Assembly (NCBI GenBank): GCA_965215335.1
Contig: CBDCDA010000002.1
Coordinates: 352,001 to 416,000 of the forward strand
Direction: 5' to 3'
DNA: 64,000 nucleotides
DNA from: an uncultured Candidatus Entotheonella sp.
GTDB taxonomy: Bacteria > Tectomicrobia > Entotheonellia > Entotheonellales > Entotheonellaceae
Shown here: one piece after another, positions 1 to 11,742 of the stretch
Layout: the number at the start of each line of letters is the position of its first letter
How positions within the stretch are numbered: the stretch's first letter is position 1
Program-made: the position numbers and the translations under genes
The notes under the pieces: generated by a model
The model's database searches: none
Seen by the model: only the letters and a program-made list of their open reading frames with translations
Told to the model about the DNA's origin: nothing

Positions 1-284
1 TCGACGGCTTGGCGGATGGCGCGTGGGACGTCACGGGCTACGTGGACGACATCATGGATCTGCGCCAGGGCAACTTGCTAGAGGAGCGACAATTCGAGAG
101 CACGAGCGAGTTGCAGGACTATCTGCCCGGCGAGGTGCAGGAGGTGTTCGACAAGTTCGCCACCGTGCAGGGCACGCATTTCACCATCACCTCCGTCGCC
201 CGGGTGGAAGAGATCGAGAAAACGGTGTTCGCCGTTGTGCAGCGCGGCAACGGCGACGAGCCGGTCTACTTCAAGATAGAATGA
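1..284 (+). CDS. gspK: type II secretion system protein K, C-terminal part (truncated by window start)
   Basis: C-terminus HFTITSVARVEEIEKTVFAVVQRG resembles the GspK terminal beta strands; stop overlaps ATG of the GspN-like gene (ATGA). Confidence 0.6.
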   Translation, partial: DGLADGAWDVTGYVDDIMDLRQGNLLEERQFESTSELQDYLPGEVQEVFDKFATVQGTHFTITSVARVEEIEKTVFAVVQRGNGDEPVYFKIE

Positions 285-1177
285 GGCTCCGCGTCGTGCG
301 TCCTGGCCGCTTGATCCCTCGTGTGGCGCCGTACCTGGTATACGGCGTGGTCGTTTTCGGCGTGTGCCTGTACGTCACCTTTCCGTACGACCTGCTGGCG
401 CAATACGGCGCCGAGCACTGGGCGCCGCCGGGCGTGCACGTCCGGGCGGACGGGGTGCGGCCTCTCTTTCCACCGGGCCTGCAGGCGCAGCGGGTGACGC
501 TGTCGCTGGAGGCGACAGCGAACCGGCAGGACGTCGTGCAGGTGACGGGGCTGCGGGTGCGGCCGGGCTGGCTGGCGCTGGCAACCGGCAGGCCGCAGGC
601 CGCATTCAGCGCCATGCTGTACGGCGGTCGGATACAGGGTCACGCAAGCCGCTCGCGGGGCGAGAACGCGCCGGTGTGGGACGTGCAGGCCACCTTCGCC
701 GACTTGCGGGTCGACCACCATCCCCTGGCGCGGCGCGACAAGGAACTCTTTCTGCGCGGCCGCCTCAGCGGCACGCTCAGCGCACGCCTCGACGAAGGCG
801 GCCAGTTTCACGCCGCGGCGGTGGAACTGAACGCCGAGGAACTGGTGCTTGCCGGACGGGTTCTGCAACTGCCGCTGCAGCGTGACGTCGCCTGCGCCAC
901 CGCCCAGAGCGAGGCACAAGCGGCAATCGCCGGCGCCGGCAACGTGTCGCTTTCCTGCAGGGGCGATGATCTGGACATCGGCGCCACCGGCACCGTGACC
1001 TGGCAGGATTCGATCCGTAACGCCGCGCTCGACCTGCGCTGGCAGGTGCGGTCGCAGGACCTCTACCGGCAGGAAGTCAATTTTCTGGGCGCCTTGGTCG
1101 GCCAAGAGCCCAACGACGACGGCGAGCTTTCGTTCCGCCTGTACGGTCCCTGGCGACGCTTGAGAACCAGTGGCTAG
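281..1177 (+). CDS. gspN: type II secretion system protein N
   Basis: ATG at 281; N-terminal TM helix followed by LYVTFPYD, typical of deltaproteobacterial GspN; beta-rich body. Confidence 0.7.
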   Translation: MRLRVVRPGRLIPRVAPYLVYGVVVFGVCLYVTFPYDLLAQYGAEHWAPPGVHVRADGVRPLFPPGLQAQRVTLSLEATANRQDVVQVTGLRVRPGWLALATGRPQAAFSAMLYGGRIQGHASRSRGENAPVWDVQATFADLRVDHHPLARRDKELFLRGRLSGTLSARLDEGGQFHAAAVELNAEELVLAGRVLQLPLQRDVACATAQSEAQAAIAGAGNVSLSCRGDDLDIGATGTVTWQDSIRNAALDLRWQVRSQDLYRQEVNFLGALVGQEPNDDGELSFRLYGPWRRLRTSG

Positions 1178-1499
1178 TGGCCAATGGACAGTGAAGAGCA
1201 GGGCAACACCCACACCGGCAGACCCCGTGCTCCCGGTTTCGGGTTTCATCAAGCAACCAGTCACTGGTTTGCTGCAAATTTACGGGATTGGTGAGGAGAA
1301 AGCCCAAATCCCAGATAATGAAAAGGATGGTCTTGATGTTGACAAGGCGTCTGGAACAAGTTGCCGCCCTCGCTTCGTTTTCGTTTCATCACCCCAGCGT
1401 CGCCGGAGACATCATGGGCGCGTTGTTGCGCCGACAATTCAAGACGGCGCGGCACATGGCGCTCACGGTTGGCAGGCCACCATATCTCATTCCCGTGGT

Positions 1500-1670
1500 T
1501 GGGATGAAGTCGTCTCCCGAAAATACCGGTGTCTTGAGAGATGACTTCCCCAGGACAATCTGGATGCTCTGGTACCAGGGATGGGAGAACGCGCCGGAAC
1601 TGGTGAAACGCTGTCTGTGCTCCTGGCAGCACCATAACCGCGGCTGGACAATCCGCTTGAATTGGAGATT
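1500..1670 (+). pseudogene. capsular polysaccharide synthesis / glycosyltransferase N-terminal fragment
   Basis: FPRTIWMLWYQGWENAPELVKRCLCSWQHHNRGWTI matches the Caps_synth-type N-terminal motif; no DxD core follows; lower-GC insert. Confidence 0.6.
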
Positions 1671-1792
1671 GGACCCTGCGGACATTGTTCCCGGGACGTT
1701 TGTTCACTACTTGTTCGCGATGATTCCGTATAAGTCATGCGAAAACCACTCCGAGGTTTCCACTGGCCTAACCACTGATTCAGGACACGAGC

Positions 1793-4449
<2,657 letters not shown>

Positions 4450-4453
<4 letters not shown>

Positions 4454-4977
4454 GCGGAGCCAGAAAAACCGAACCGCATTGGAGCCACATCGACGCACAA
4501 GGCCGCGCCGGCATGGTCGACGTGGGCGCCAAGCCGACGAGCGAGCGCCAGGCGGTGGCGCGCGGTTGCGTCTACATGCAGGTGGCGACCTTGCAGGCCA
4601 TCGTGGATCAGCACATCGCCAAGGGCGACGTGCTGCAGGTGGCGCGTATCGCCGGCATCATGGCCGCCAAGCGGACGTCGTCGCTCATTCCCATGTGCCA
4701 TCCGCTGGAAATCACCCACGTCAAGGTCGATCTGCAACCCGACGCCACGGCCGCCTGCGTGCGGCTCGAAGCGACCGTGCGCACCGTGGGGCGTACGGGG
4801 GTCGAGATGGAGGCCCTGACCGCCGTCACTGTCGCCGGTCTGACCGTCTACGACATGTGCAAGAGCCTGGACCGGCAGATGCGCCTGGGCGACGTGGAAC
4901 TGCTCTCGAAGAGCGGCGGCAAGAGCGGGCGGTACACGCATCCCGATTATCGAGCGGCGGCCGAGACGGCCTCATAG
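4450..4977 (+). CDS. moaC: cyclic pyranopterin monophosphate synthase
   Basis: GTG start overlapping alaS stop; MVDV, LIPMCHPL, TGVEMEALTA, YDMCKS, KSGGKSG. Confidence 0.97.
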
Positions 4978-4995
4978 AGACGAGGGAGAATCGAC

Positions 4996-5318
4996 GTGCA
5001 CGTAACACACGTGAAGACCCGGGTGCTGAGCACGCCGGCTGACAATCCCCTGGTGGTCGGGCTGCCGGTTGGCGGTGCGACCCGCGAGTTCGTCACCCTG
5101 GAACTGGGGACCGACGACGGGCTGACGGGCATCGGGCTGACCTTGTGCGCATGATGGCCGCCATCCCCAACGGCCTGACCATCGAGTACATGCCCTGGAG
5201 CCTGCGGCTGTTCGAAGAAACCCCGGCCATCGAGGACGGCCAGTTGGTGGTACCGTCCAGGCCCGGCCTGGGGCTGGCCTTTTCCACCGAGACCATTGAG
5301 CGCCATGAGGTCAGCTAA
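4996..5318 (+). pseudogene. mandelate racemase/muconate lactonizing (enolase superfamily) gene with large internal deletion
   Basis: N-terminus (VTLELGTDDGLTGIGLT, stop at 5152-5154) abuts, out of frame, the C-terminus (AAIPNGLTIEYMPW...GQLVVPSRPGLGLAF); catalytic barrel missing. Confidence 0.75.
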
Positions 5319-6792
5319 ACCGGTCGAGCGGCCCTTTGCCCCCCGCACCTACGGCAAGCTGGAACGCGTGACGCCGCGCGTCTACCTGTTCCGCAACGTG
5401 GTGAACAGCGTGGTGGTGCTGGGGGACACCGCGGTGGCGGTGATCGACACGCAGGTAAACACGCCGATGGCGCGGCGTCTGCTGGCGCACGTGCGGGCGT
5501 TGTCCGACAGGCCGCTCCACTGGGTCGTCAACACGCATTATCACTGGGATCACACGGCCGGCAACGATGTCTTCAGGGAAGCCGGCGCAGCGCTCGTTTC
5601 CAGCGCCCTGACGCGGGAATTCATGCACACGCGGGCCGCCCGGCAGCAGGCGTTCCTCGCCTCGCGCGGCTTTGAGCCGGGGCCGGAACCCTGCCTGGCC
5701 GATGAGACGGTGGCGGGCGAGCGGGAGATCGACCTGGGCAACCAGCGCATGGTGCTGAAGCCGCTGGGTGCGGCGGAAACCGACGACGCCCTGGCGATTC
5801 ACCTGCCGCAGGAAGGCTGCGTGGCGGCGGGCGATACGGTGATGACCGGCAGCTTTCCGATGTTCGGCCAGCCGGTGATGGACGAGGGGCTGATGGGCAC
5901 GCCACGCTGGCTGGACACCCTGGCTGCCCTCGATCGCTTGGCGCCGGACCACATACTCCCCGGCCACGGCCCCGTGGCCCACGAGGCGGAACTGTCCCTT
6001 CTCAGACGCCTCGAACGCTATTTCCTGGACGAAGTCGCTGCGCGGGTGGCGCGCGGCATGCCGCTGCCGGTGCTGCTGGCCGACCTGGAGACACACCTGC
6101 CCGAGTGGATCACGGCGATTCCGGTCGTCTGGGGCACGCCGCGCTATGCCATCCTGCGCGTTTACCGCGGCCTGATGCAGGGCGAAGGCGACGAGCCCGG
6201 CTGGCAGCACTACAAGCCCTCGGCCATTCCCGGTCACGACGCCGCCCGCGTTTCGTCGGCCTGCGAGGGGTTGGCGACCGTTGCGTCATTCCAGGCCGCT
6301 GCCCGGGAGTTCGCCGAAGGCGGCGACCCCGGCAGCGCCATCGCCGTCGCCCGCCGCGCCACCGAATGCCTGCCGGAGCAGCCGGCCGCCTGGGTCTGCC
6401 TCGCCGATCATCTCGTGGGCGGCGCCGGCCGCACCGCCAGCGTGCTCGAAAAAGGCGACTTCTTCGCACCGGCCCGCGCCGCCCTGCAACATGCCCTCGA
6501 CCTCGACCCCGGCCACGCCCCGGCCCGGCTCGCACTCGGCCGCTTTCTCGTCATGTCGGCCTACCGCACCGGCAACGACCCCACCCCCGGCACGACCCAT
6601 CTGCATCACGTCATCGCTGCGGCGTCCGAGGACGCCGCCCTTCTCGCCGACGCCCATTTCTACCTCGGCATGGCGCACCGCACCCAAGCCGACGAAACGC
6701 AAGCCCGCGCCGCTTTCGCCACCGCCCTTCGCCACCTGCCGTCCCATCACGCCGCCCGCCTCGCCCGAGCCGCAGGCGAGGATTCGAGGTAG
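5305..6792 (+). CDS. MBL-fold metallo-hydrolase with C-terminal TPR-like helical domain
   Basis: THYHWDH metal motif, AAGDT, PGHG; C-terminal Ala-rich helical repeats (ALDLDPGHAPARLALG, AHFYLGMAH). Confidence 0.85.
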   Translation: MRSAKPVERPFAPRTYGKLERVTPRVYLFRNVVNSVVVLGDTAVAVIDTQVNTPMARRLLAHVRALSDRPLHWVVNTHYHWDHTAGNDVFREAGAALVSSALTREFMHTRAARQQAFLASRGFEPGPEPCLADETVAGEREIDLGNQRMVLKPLGAAETDDALAIHLPQEGCVAAGDTVMTGSFPMFGQPVMDEGLMGTPRWLDTLAALDRLAPDHILPGHGPVAHEAELSLLRRLERYFLDEVAARVARGMPLPVLLADLETHLPEWITAIPVVWGTPRYAILRVYRGLMQGEGDEPGWQHYKPSAIPGHDAARVSSACEGLATVASFQAAAREFAEGGDPGSAIAVARRATECLPEQPAAWVCLADHLVGGAGRTASVLEKGDFFAPARAALQHALDLDPGHAPARLALGRFLVMSAYRTGNDPTPGTTHLHHVIAAASEDAALLADAHFYLGMAHRTQADETQARAAFATALRHLPSHHAARLARAAGEDSR

Positions 6793-6824
6793 CCAAACGC
6801 CAGGGCTATGACACGTAGTTTCCC

Positions 6825-7111
6825 TCACCGCGTGTATCGGTACTGGGGCCATCACGCAGCATATCGCGGAAAAGGTCGCATCCCAGGGCTTCGTCGCCGG
6901 GATGGATGGCAATGCCCGCTTGATTCAACAAGCACGTCAGAACGTCCCCAACGCGCAGTTTGCGGTGGCCGATATCTATGACTTGCCATGCAGCGGCGCG
7001 TTCGACATCGTGACGGCTGCGCGTGTGCTCCAGCGGCTGGCGGAACCGCAACATGCCTTGCGGGCGATGCGTGAGGCCGCGCATCCCCGCGGCCGCGTCA
7101 TTGTGCTCGAT
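6825..7111 (+). pseudogene. class I SAM-dependent methyltransferase remnant, truncated by an IS end
   Basis: CIGTGAIT...AGMDGN...FDIVTAARVLQ...GRVIVLD; no intact start; cut at 7112 by an IS terminal repeat. Confidence 0.7.
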
Positions 7112-7295
7112 CACTGTACACGACAAAACCACATCGGGCAGAGTGGATGGAGAAGCGATTTGGGCGACATGAGTACCTGCCACAGCAGATTCAGGACCCG
7201 CTCCAGTGTCTCCCGGTTGTCCGCCGCATCGAGAACGGCTTGCCGGACGCCGTCGAAGCCATGGCGAAACAGGCTCTTCGCGGGTCTTCAGATGT
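7112..7295 (-). mobile_element. IS4-family (ISAba1-like) right-end remnant
   Basis: CACTGTACACGACAAAA at 7112 resembles the ISAba1-type IR CTCTGTACACGACAAA (recalled); minus strand encodes PAKSLFRHGFD and, in another frame, LSCT, typical of the transposase C-terminus. Confidence 0.7.
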
Positions 7296-7324
7296 CGGAA
7301 TTTCCTTCCTGGATGTGATGGAGG

Positions 7325-7358
7325 CCCTGATTGACGGCTTTCAAACCGTCAATCAGGG
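7325..7358 (-). terminator. perfect 13-bp hairpin just downstream of the mod stop
   Basis: CCCTGATTGACGG-8 nt-CCGTCAATCAGGG; no U-tract. Confidence 0.5.
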
Positions 7359-7363
7359 ATGTT

Positions 7364-10168
7364 TCAGCTTACCCGGAACACCTTCATCACCTCGTCCCCC
7401 AAATGGTTGATGACCTTCACGGCGATACGCCCGGATGCAGGCTTGCGAAACGGTCGCGACGTGTCGCTGTGCAGCGTTGCCCAGGCGTCTTCGTCGATTT
7501 CGGCTTTCAGGGTGGTCTTGAGCGCCTTGTACGGGTCGTTGGCGCCGAGAAAGTAGGCGTGGCGGACGAAGAAGCTCTCCTCGTCGTAGTCGGTGTCCAC
7601 GAACCAGCAGGCGATGCCGTCGGCGTCGTCGCTGCGGATTTCGCCGGTGGCGGGGTGGAACACGTCCACGCCGTTGATCTTGACTCGCATGCAGCCGTCT
7701 CCGGTCTCCTGGACGTCGATGTCCGGCTCGCCGAAGACGACGAACAGGTTGCCCTTGCCGGTGTTCTTGAGGTCGCCGGCCATGTGCAGGTCGGCGTTCA
7801 TGCGCGCCTTGAGGACGGGGACGCGGCCGAGCTTGTTGAACTCCGAGGCGTGCGCGTCGTAGTTGAAGGCGCAGGCGATCAGCGCGTCGAAGCCGGCGTC
7901 GGCGGCCTCGCGCACCGCTGTCACGAGGTCGGGGCGGGAGACGGTGCCGAACTCGGGGCCGATGAAGATTCCGGCGCGTTTCTCCGCGCCGGAATCGGTG
8001 TCACCTTCACTATAGGTTCCCTCGGCGCAGACGAGATTGCCTGGCCAAGGCGCGAGCGAGGCCAACGCGATGCGGTCCTGCTTGTGCGCTTGCTGGACGC
8101 CGGAGGTTTCGAGGTGCTTCAGGATCATGCCGGCGAAGTCCTGCCTGTCGCCGTAGCCGAGCTTTCCTTCGGCGACGTTGTCGATGAGATCGTCGTTCTC
8201 GTCCACACCCAGCAGGCGGTGCGGCGACAGGCTGTCGACGGTGAACGGCCCGGCGACGCGGACCTTCTTGTTGTCCTCGCAGGGCTTGTCGTAGAGGTAC
8301 TCGCAGTCCGCCCTGGCGGCGATGGAGGCGTCGATTTCCTTCTGCCGGTCGATGCGCTGTTTCCACCAATCGGCGTGCAGCTTGCGGCCCGCCTCGGGCC
8401 AGGCGTCGCCGGCTTCGCGGGGGATTTCCCACTCTTCCCAGGCCGTTCCGAGCGCGCCGTTCAGTTGCTCGCGCAGCGGTTCCAGCGTCCCCTGGAACTT
8501 CTCCCAGATGACGTCGATCTCGGCGTTGTTGGCGATGGACTTGAGGGTGACGTGCGGCACGCGCTGGTACACGAATCCCTGGCGGAGGTCGTTGTGGGTG
8601 GGCGCGTCGGCGGGCGCCTTGCGGGTGATTTCGGCTTCTTTCAGTTGCCCGTCGCGGCTGTCGGCGAGCAGATACCAGGGATAGCGCGCGCCCATGATGC
8701 GGGCGCGGGCGAGCGCCAGGGCGACACGGGAGGTGTCGATGGTGATCCAGCGGCGGCCCCACTGCTCGGCGACGTAGGCGGTGGTGCCGGAGCCACAGGT
8801 CGGGTCGAGGACGAGGTCGCCGGGGTCGGTGGTCATGAGGATGCAGCGCTGGATAACGGGTGTCGCTGTCTGAACAACATAGAGTTTGTCGTATGCGAAT
8901 CCCGAGTGTCCTGTATCTTGCCAAACGTCGTTCAGTGGCGAGACACGGTAATCGTCGAAGAAGCGAATGTAGTTGAGTGTGTTGCGAGTGGCATAAATCC
9001 TCTCAGCGCGAGCAGTGCGCACCAAACCGGCTGGGTAATTTGGCTTCCAGTGGCTATTACTCGTTGGATTGTATTCCTTACCGTGAAACTGAAATGGCGT
9101 GGGGTCCTGGGCGGCACCTTGCCCACAGAGATCACTGATTCGAAAAATTCGACCGGCGGGAAGAGAGTCCGGCGCTCTCGAAAGTTCCACTGCCGTGAGC
9201 CTACGTCGATTGCCTTCTTCAGTTTCAATGTTCTTATATGCGCTGCCGTCCTCTTCGGCACCTGCCTTTTTTAGAAAAAGCCTGCGCTGCTTGGCTACTG
9301 TCAGGTTCTTTGAATACCACACGATATAGTCGCCAATGCGTGTAAGCCCATATGTTGCGAGTCCGCCTGTCGTCTGGAAGTAGACTGTGTTTTGGTAGTT
9401 ATCCTCCCCGAACACCTCATCCATCAGTGCCCGCACCCGGTGCACGTTCTCATCCCCGATCTGCACGAAGATGCTGCCGCTCTCCGCCAGCAAGTCCCGC
9501 GCTACCGTCAGCCGATCCCGCAGGTACGTCAGGTACGAGTGAATCCCGTCCCGCCACGTATCCCGGAACGCCTTCACCTGCTCCGGCTCGCGGGTGACGT
9601 GGGCGGCGTTGCCGTCCTTCACGTCGCGGCTGGTGGTGGACCACTGGAAGTTGGAGTTGAACCTGATGCCGTAGGGCGGGTCGAGGTAGATGCACTGCAC
9701 CTGGCCGCGCAGCCCCTCGCGCTCGGCCAGCGACGCCATCACCTGCAGGCTGTCGCCGAGGATCATGCGGTTCGACCAGTTGGCGTCGTGCTGGTAGAAC
9801 TCCGTGCGGGCGTCGGCGTCCGGCAACCCGTTGAAATCGGCGAACAGGTCGGGCTGCCTCTCGCTCGCTTTCTCGCCCGCCCTGGCGCGCCGGGACAGGT
9901 CGTCGATCAGCACCTTGGGGTGCACCTTTTCCTGGATGAACAGCGGTGGCGCCTGAATGGTCAAGGCCGACGAGTCCTGTTCATCCTTGCCGCGCCAGAC
10001 GAGTTGCGGGTCGAGGTCGCGGTTGCGCCGTTCGCAGGCGACCTGGATGGGACTGCGGTCGTCCTCTGCCATCACCGCCTGGTATTCGGCGGTGGGGATG
10101 TTCTTGCGCGACGCTTCGCCGTGGGTGAGGGTGGCAACGGTCTTGGTCTTTCTGGATGTTCGTGTCAT
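7364..10168 (-). CDS. site-specific adenine DNA methyltransferase, type III Mod-like (beta class)
   Basis: CIYLDPPYG catalytic motif before LDPTCGSGTT SAM motif, TRD between them; C-terminal RIAVKVINHLGDEVMKV. Confidence 0.92.
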   Translation of the reverse strand: MTRTSRKTKTVATLTHGEASRKNIPTAEYQAVMAEDDRSPIQVACERRNRDLDPQLVWRGKDEQDSSALTIQAPPLFIQEKVHPKVLIDDLSRRARAGEKASERQPDLFADFNGLPDADARTEFYQHDANWSNRMILGDSLQVMASLAEREGLRGQVQCIYLDPPYGIRFNSNFQWSTTSRDVKDGNAAHVTREPEQVKAFRDTWRDGIHSYLTYLRDRLTVARDLLAESGSIFVQIGDENVHRVRALMDEVFGEDNYQNTVYFQTTGGLATYGLTRIGDYIVWYSKNLTVAKQRRLFLKKAGAEEDGSAYKNIETEEGNRRRLTAVELSRAPDSLPAGRIFRISDLCGQGAAQDPTPFQFHGKEYNPTSNSHWKPNYPAGLVRTARAERIYATRNTLNYIRFFDDYRVSPLNDVWQDTGHSGFAYDKLYVVQTATPVIQRCILMTTDPGDLVLDPTCGSGTTAYVAEQWGRRWITIDTSRVALALARARIMGARYPWYLLADSRDGQLKEAEITRKAPADAPTHNDLRQGFVYQRVPHVTLKSIANNAEIDVIWEKFQGTLEPLREQLNGALGTAWEEWEIPREAGDAWPEAGRKLHADWWKQRIDRQKEIDASIAARADCEYLYDKPCEDNKKVRVAGPFTVDSLSPHRLLGVDENDDLIDNVAEGKLGYGDRQDFAGMILKHLETSGVQQAHKQDRIALASLAPWPGNLVCAEGTYSEGDTDSGAEKRAGIFIGPEFGTVSRPDLVTAVREAADAGFDALIACAFNYDAHASEFNKLGRVPVLKARMNADLHMAGDLKNTGKGNLFVVFGEPDIDVQETGDGCMRVKINGVDVFHPATGEIRSDDADGIACWFVDTDYDEESFFVRHAYFLGANDPYKALKTTLKAEIDEDAWATLHSDTSRPFRKPASGRIAVKVINHLGDEVMKVFRVS

Positions 10169-10204
10169 CGGTCCCACCCATGTGCAGTGAGCGTTGTCCA
10201 GAGG

Positions 10205-10385
10205 TTACGCTGCGACACGCTGCAAGACTTTTCGGTTGAAATCTTCCCGCGATGCCAGCGACGAGATCATGTCGCCGCCGACGTCGGAGAGTCTCGCCAG
10301 GTCCCGCCTCGGAATCTCTGCCTGATCCTCGAATACGAGGATGGACTCGAAACGCAGATCGTGTCGGTGAAAATGCGACAGCATG
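10205..10385 (-). pseudogene. possible C-terminal remnant of an unknown gene upstream of mod
   Basis: short protein-like ORF ending 36 bp before mod on the same strand; family not recognised. Confidence 0.25.
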
Positions 10386-10559
10386 ACCGTCTCAGGCGTG
10401 CCTTGTCGCGGTTTGGCACACCGTAAAGGAAGAGAGGAAGGCAGTCCTTGCCCGCTGGTTCCGTTCGCGGGCGGCCTCATGGATGTCGAAGTCCGCCCTG
10501 TCCCACATCACTCGTCTTCAAATAGACTGCCGGCTCTCCAGTCCGTCGTGCCGGCAGCC

Positions 10560-11415
10560 GTATGCTCGCGGCCGCCACTGACGCTGGAGAGCAGGCCACT
10601 GGCTTCGTTGTTCCAACCGCCGCTGACACTGGCCTGCACGCTGCTGGCTGTATTCGAAAGACCGCCGCTGACGCTGGCATGACGGCCGCTGGCTTCGTTG
10701 TTATGACCACCACTGACACTGGCCTGCTCGCCGCTGGCTGTATTTCGAAGACCACCGCTGACGCTGGCCCGCTTGCCGCCGGCTTCGTTGTTATCACCGC
10801 CGCTGACGCTGGAATTGATGCCGCTGGCTGTATTGGTGAAACCACCGCTGATACTGGAAAGCCGGCCACTGGCTTCGTTGTGATGACCGCCGCTGACGCT
10901 GGACTGAAAGCCGCTGGCTGTATTGGTGGAACCACCGCTGACACTGGAACCCGGACCGCTGGCCTCGTGGCCGTAGCCACCGCTGATGCTGGCCAGATCG
11001 CCGCTGGCTTCACTGCTGTTGCCGCCGCTGACGCTGCTGGCCCAGCCGCTGGCTGTATTGGTGGAACCACCGCTGACGCTGGCAGATCTGCCGCTGGCTT
11101 CATTGTTGCCGCCGCCACTGACGCTGGCCAGAAGGCCGCTGGCTTCATTGTCATAACCGCCGCTGACGCTGGACTGTTTGCCGCTGGCTTCGTTGTGATG
11201 ACCGCCGCTGACACTGGACTGATGGCTGCTGGCTGTATTGATGGAACCACCGCTGACACTGGAGACGAGACCGCTGGCTGTATTGTTGGAACCACCGCTG
11301 ACACTGGAACCCGGACCGCTGGCTTCGTGGTGGCCACCGCCGCTGACGCTGGAGCCCCAACCGCTGGCTTCACTGCTGTTGCCGCCGCTGACGCTGGCCC
11401 AAGAACCGCTGATGG
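10560..11415 (-). repeat. coding tandem repeat, 19 copies of 45 bp (15 aa; S[VI]SGG-xx-N-[ET]-ASG-xx-[AS])
   Basis: 19 S[VI]SGG motifs counted; 45-bp periodicity checked (CGCTGACGCT at 11341 and 11386). Confidence 0.95.
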
Positions 11416-11742
11416 TGTTGCGGAAGCCCGCTACCAACCCCCCGTAACTCGAATACGCATGTTCCGGGCCGATCACCACGTTATGCGACCCACTCCGGTC
11501 GTTGGTGCCGAAATCGCCATCCTCCGAATCCGGGGTGACCAGGACATCATCCTCATTGTAGCCAACGATGAGATTGCCGACGCCGTTGCTCCTGTCAGTC
11601 CTGCCGAGACTGTTGCGCACATGCACGTTGCAGCCCTCGAAGACGACGTCGTAGGCCGGCAACGAGTCCGCTCGTCCCGTAACGGATACGGCCTTGATGC
11701 AGGACAGCAGTTTTCTGAGGTCCGAGATCTCCGCCGACGTCA

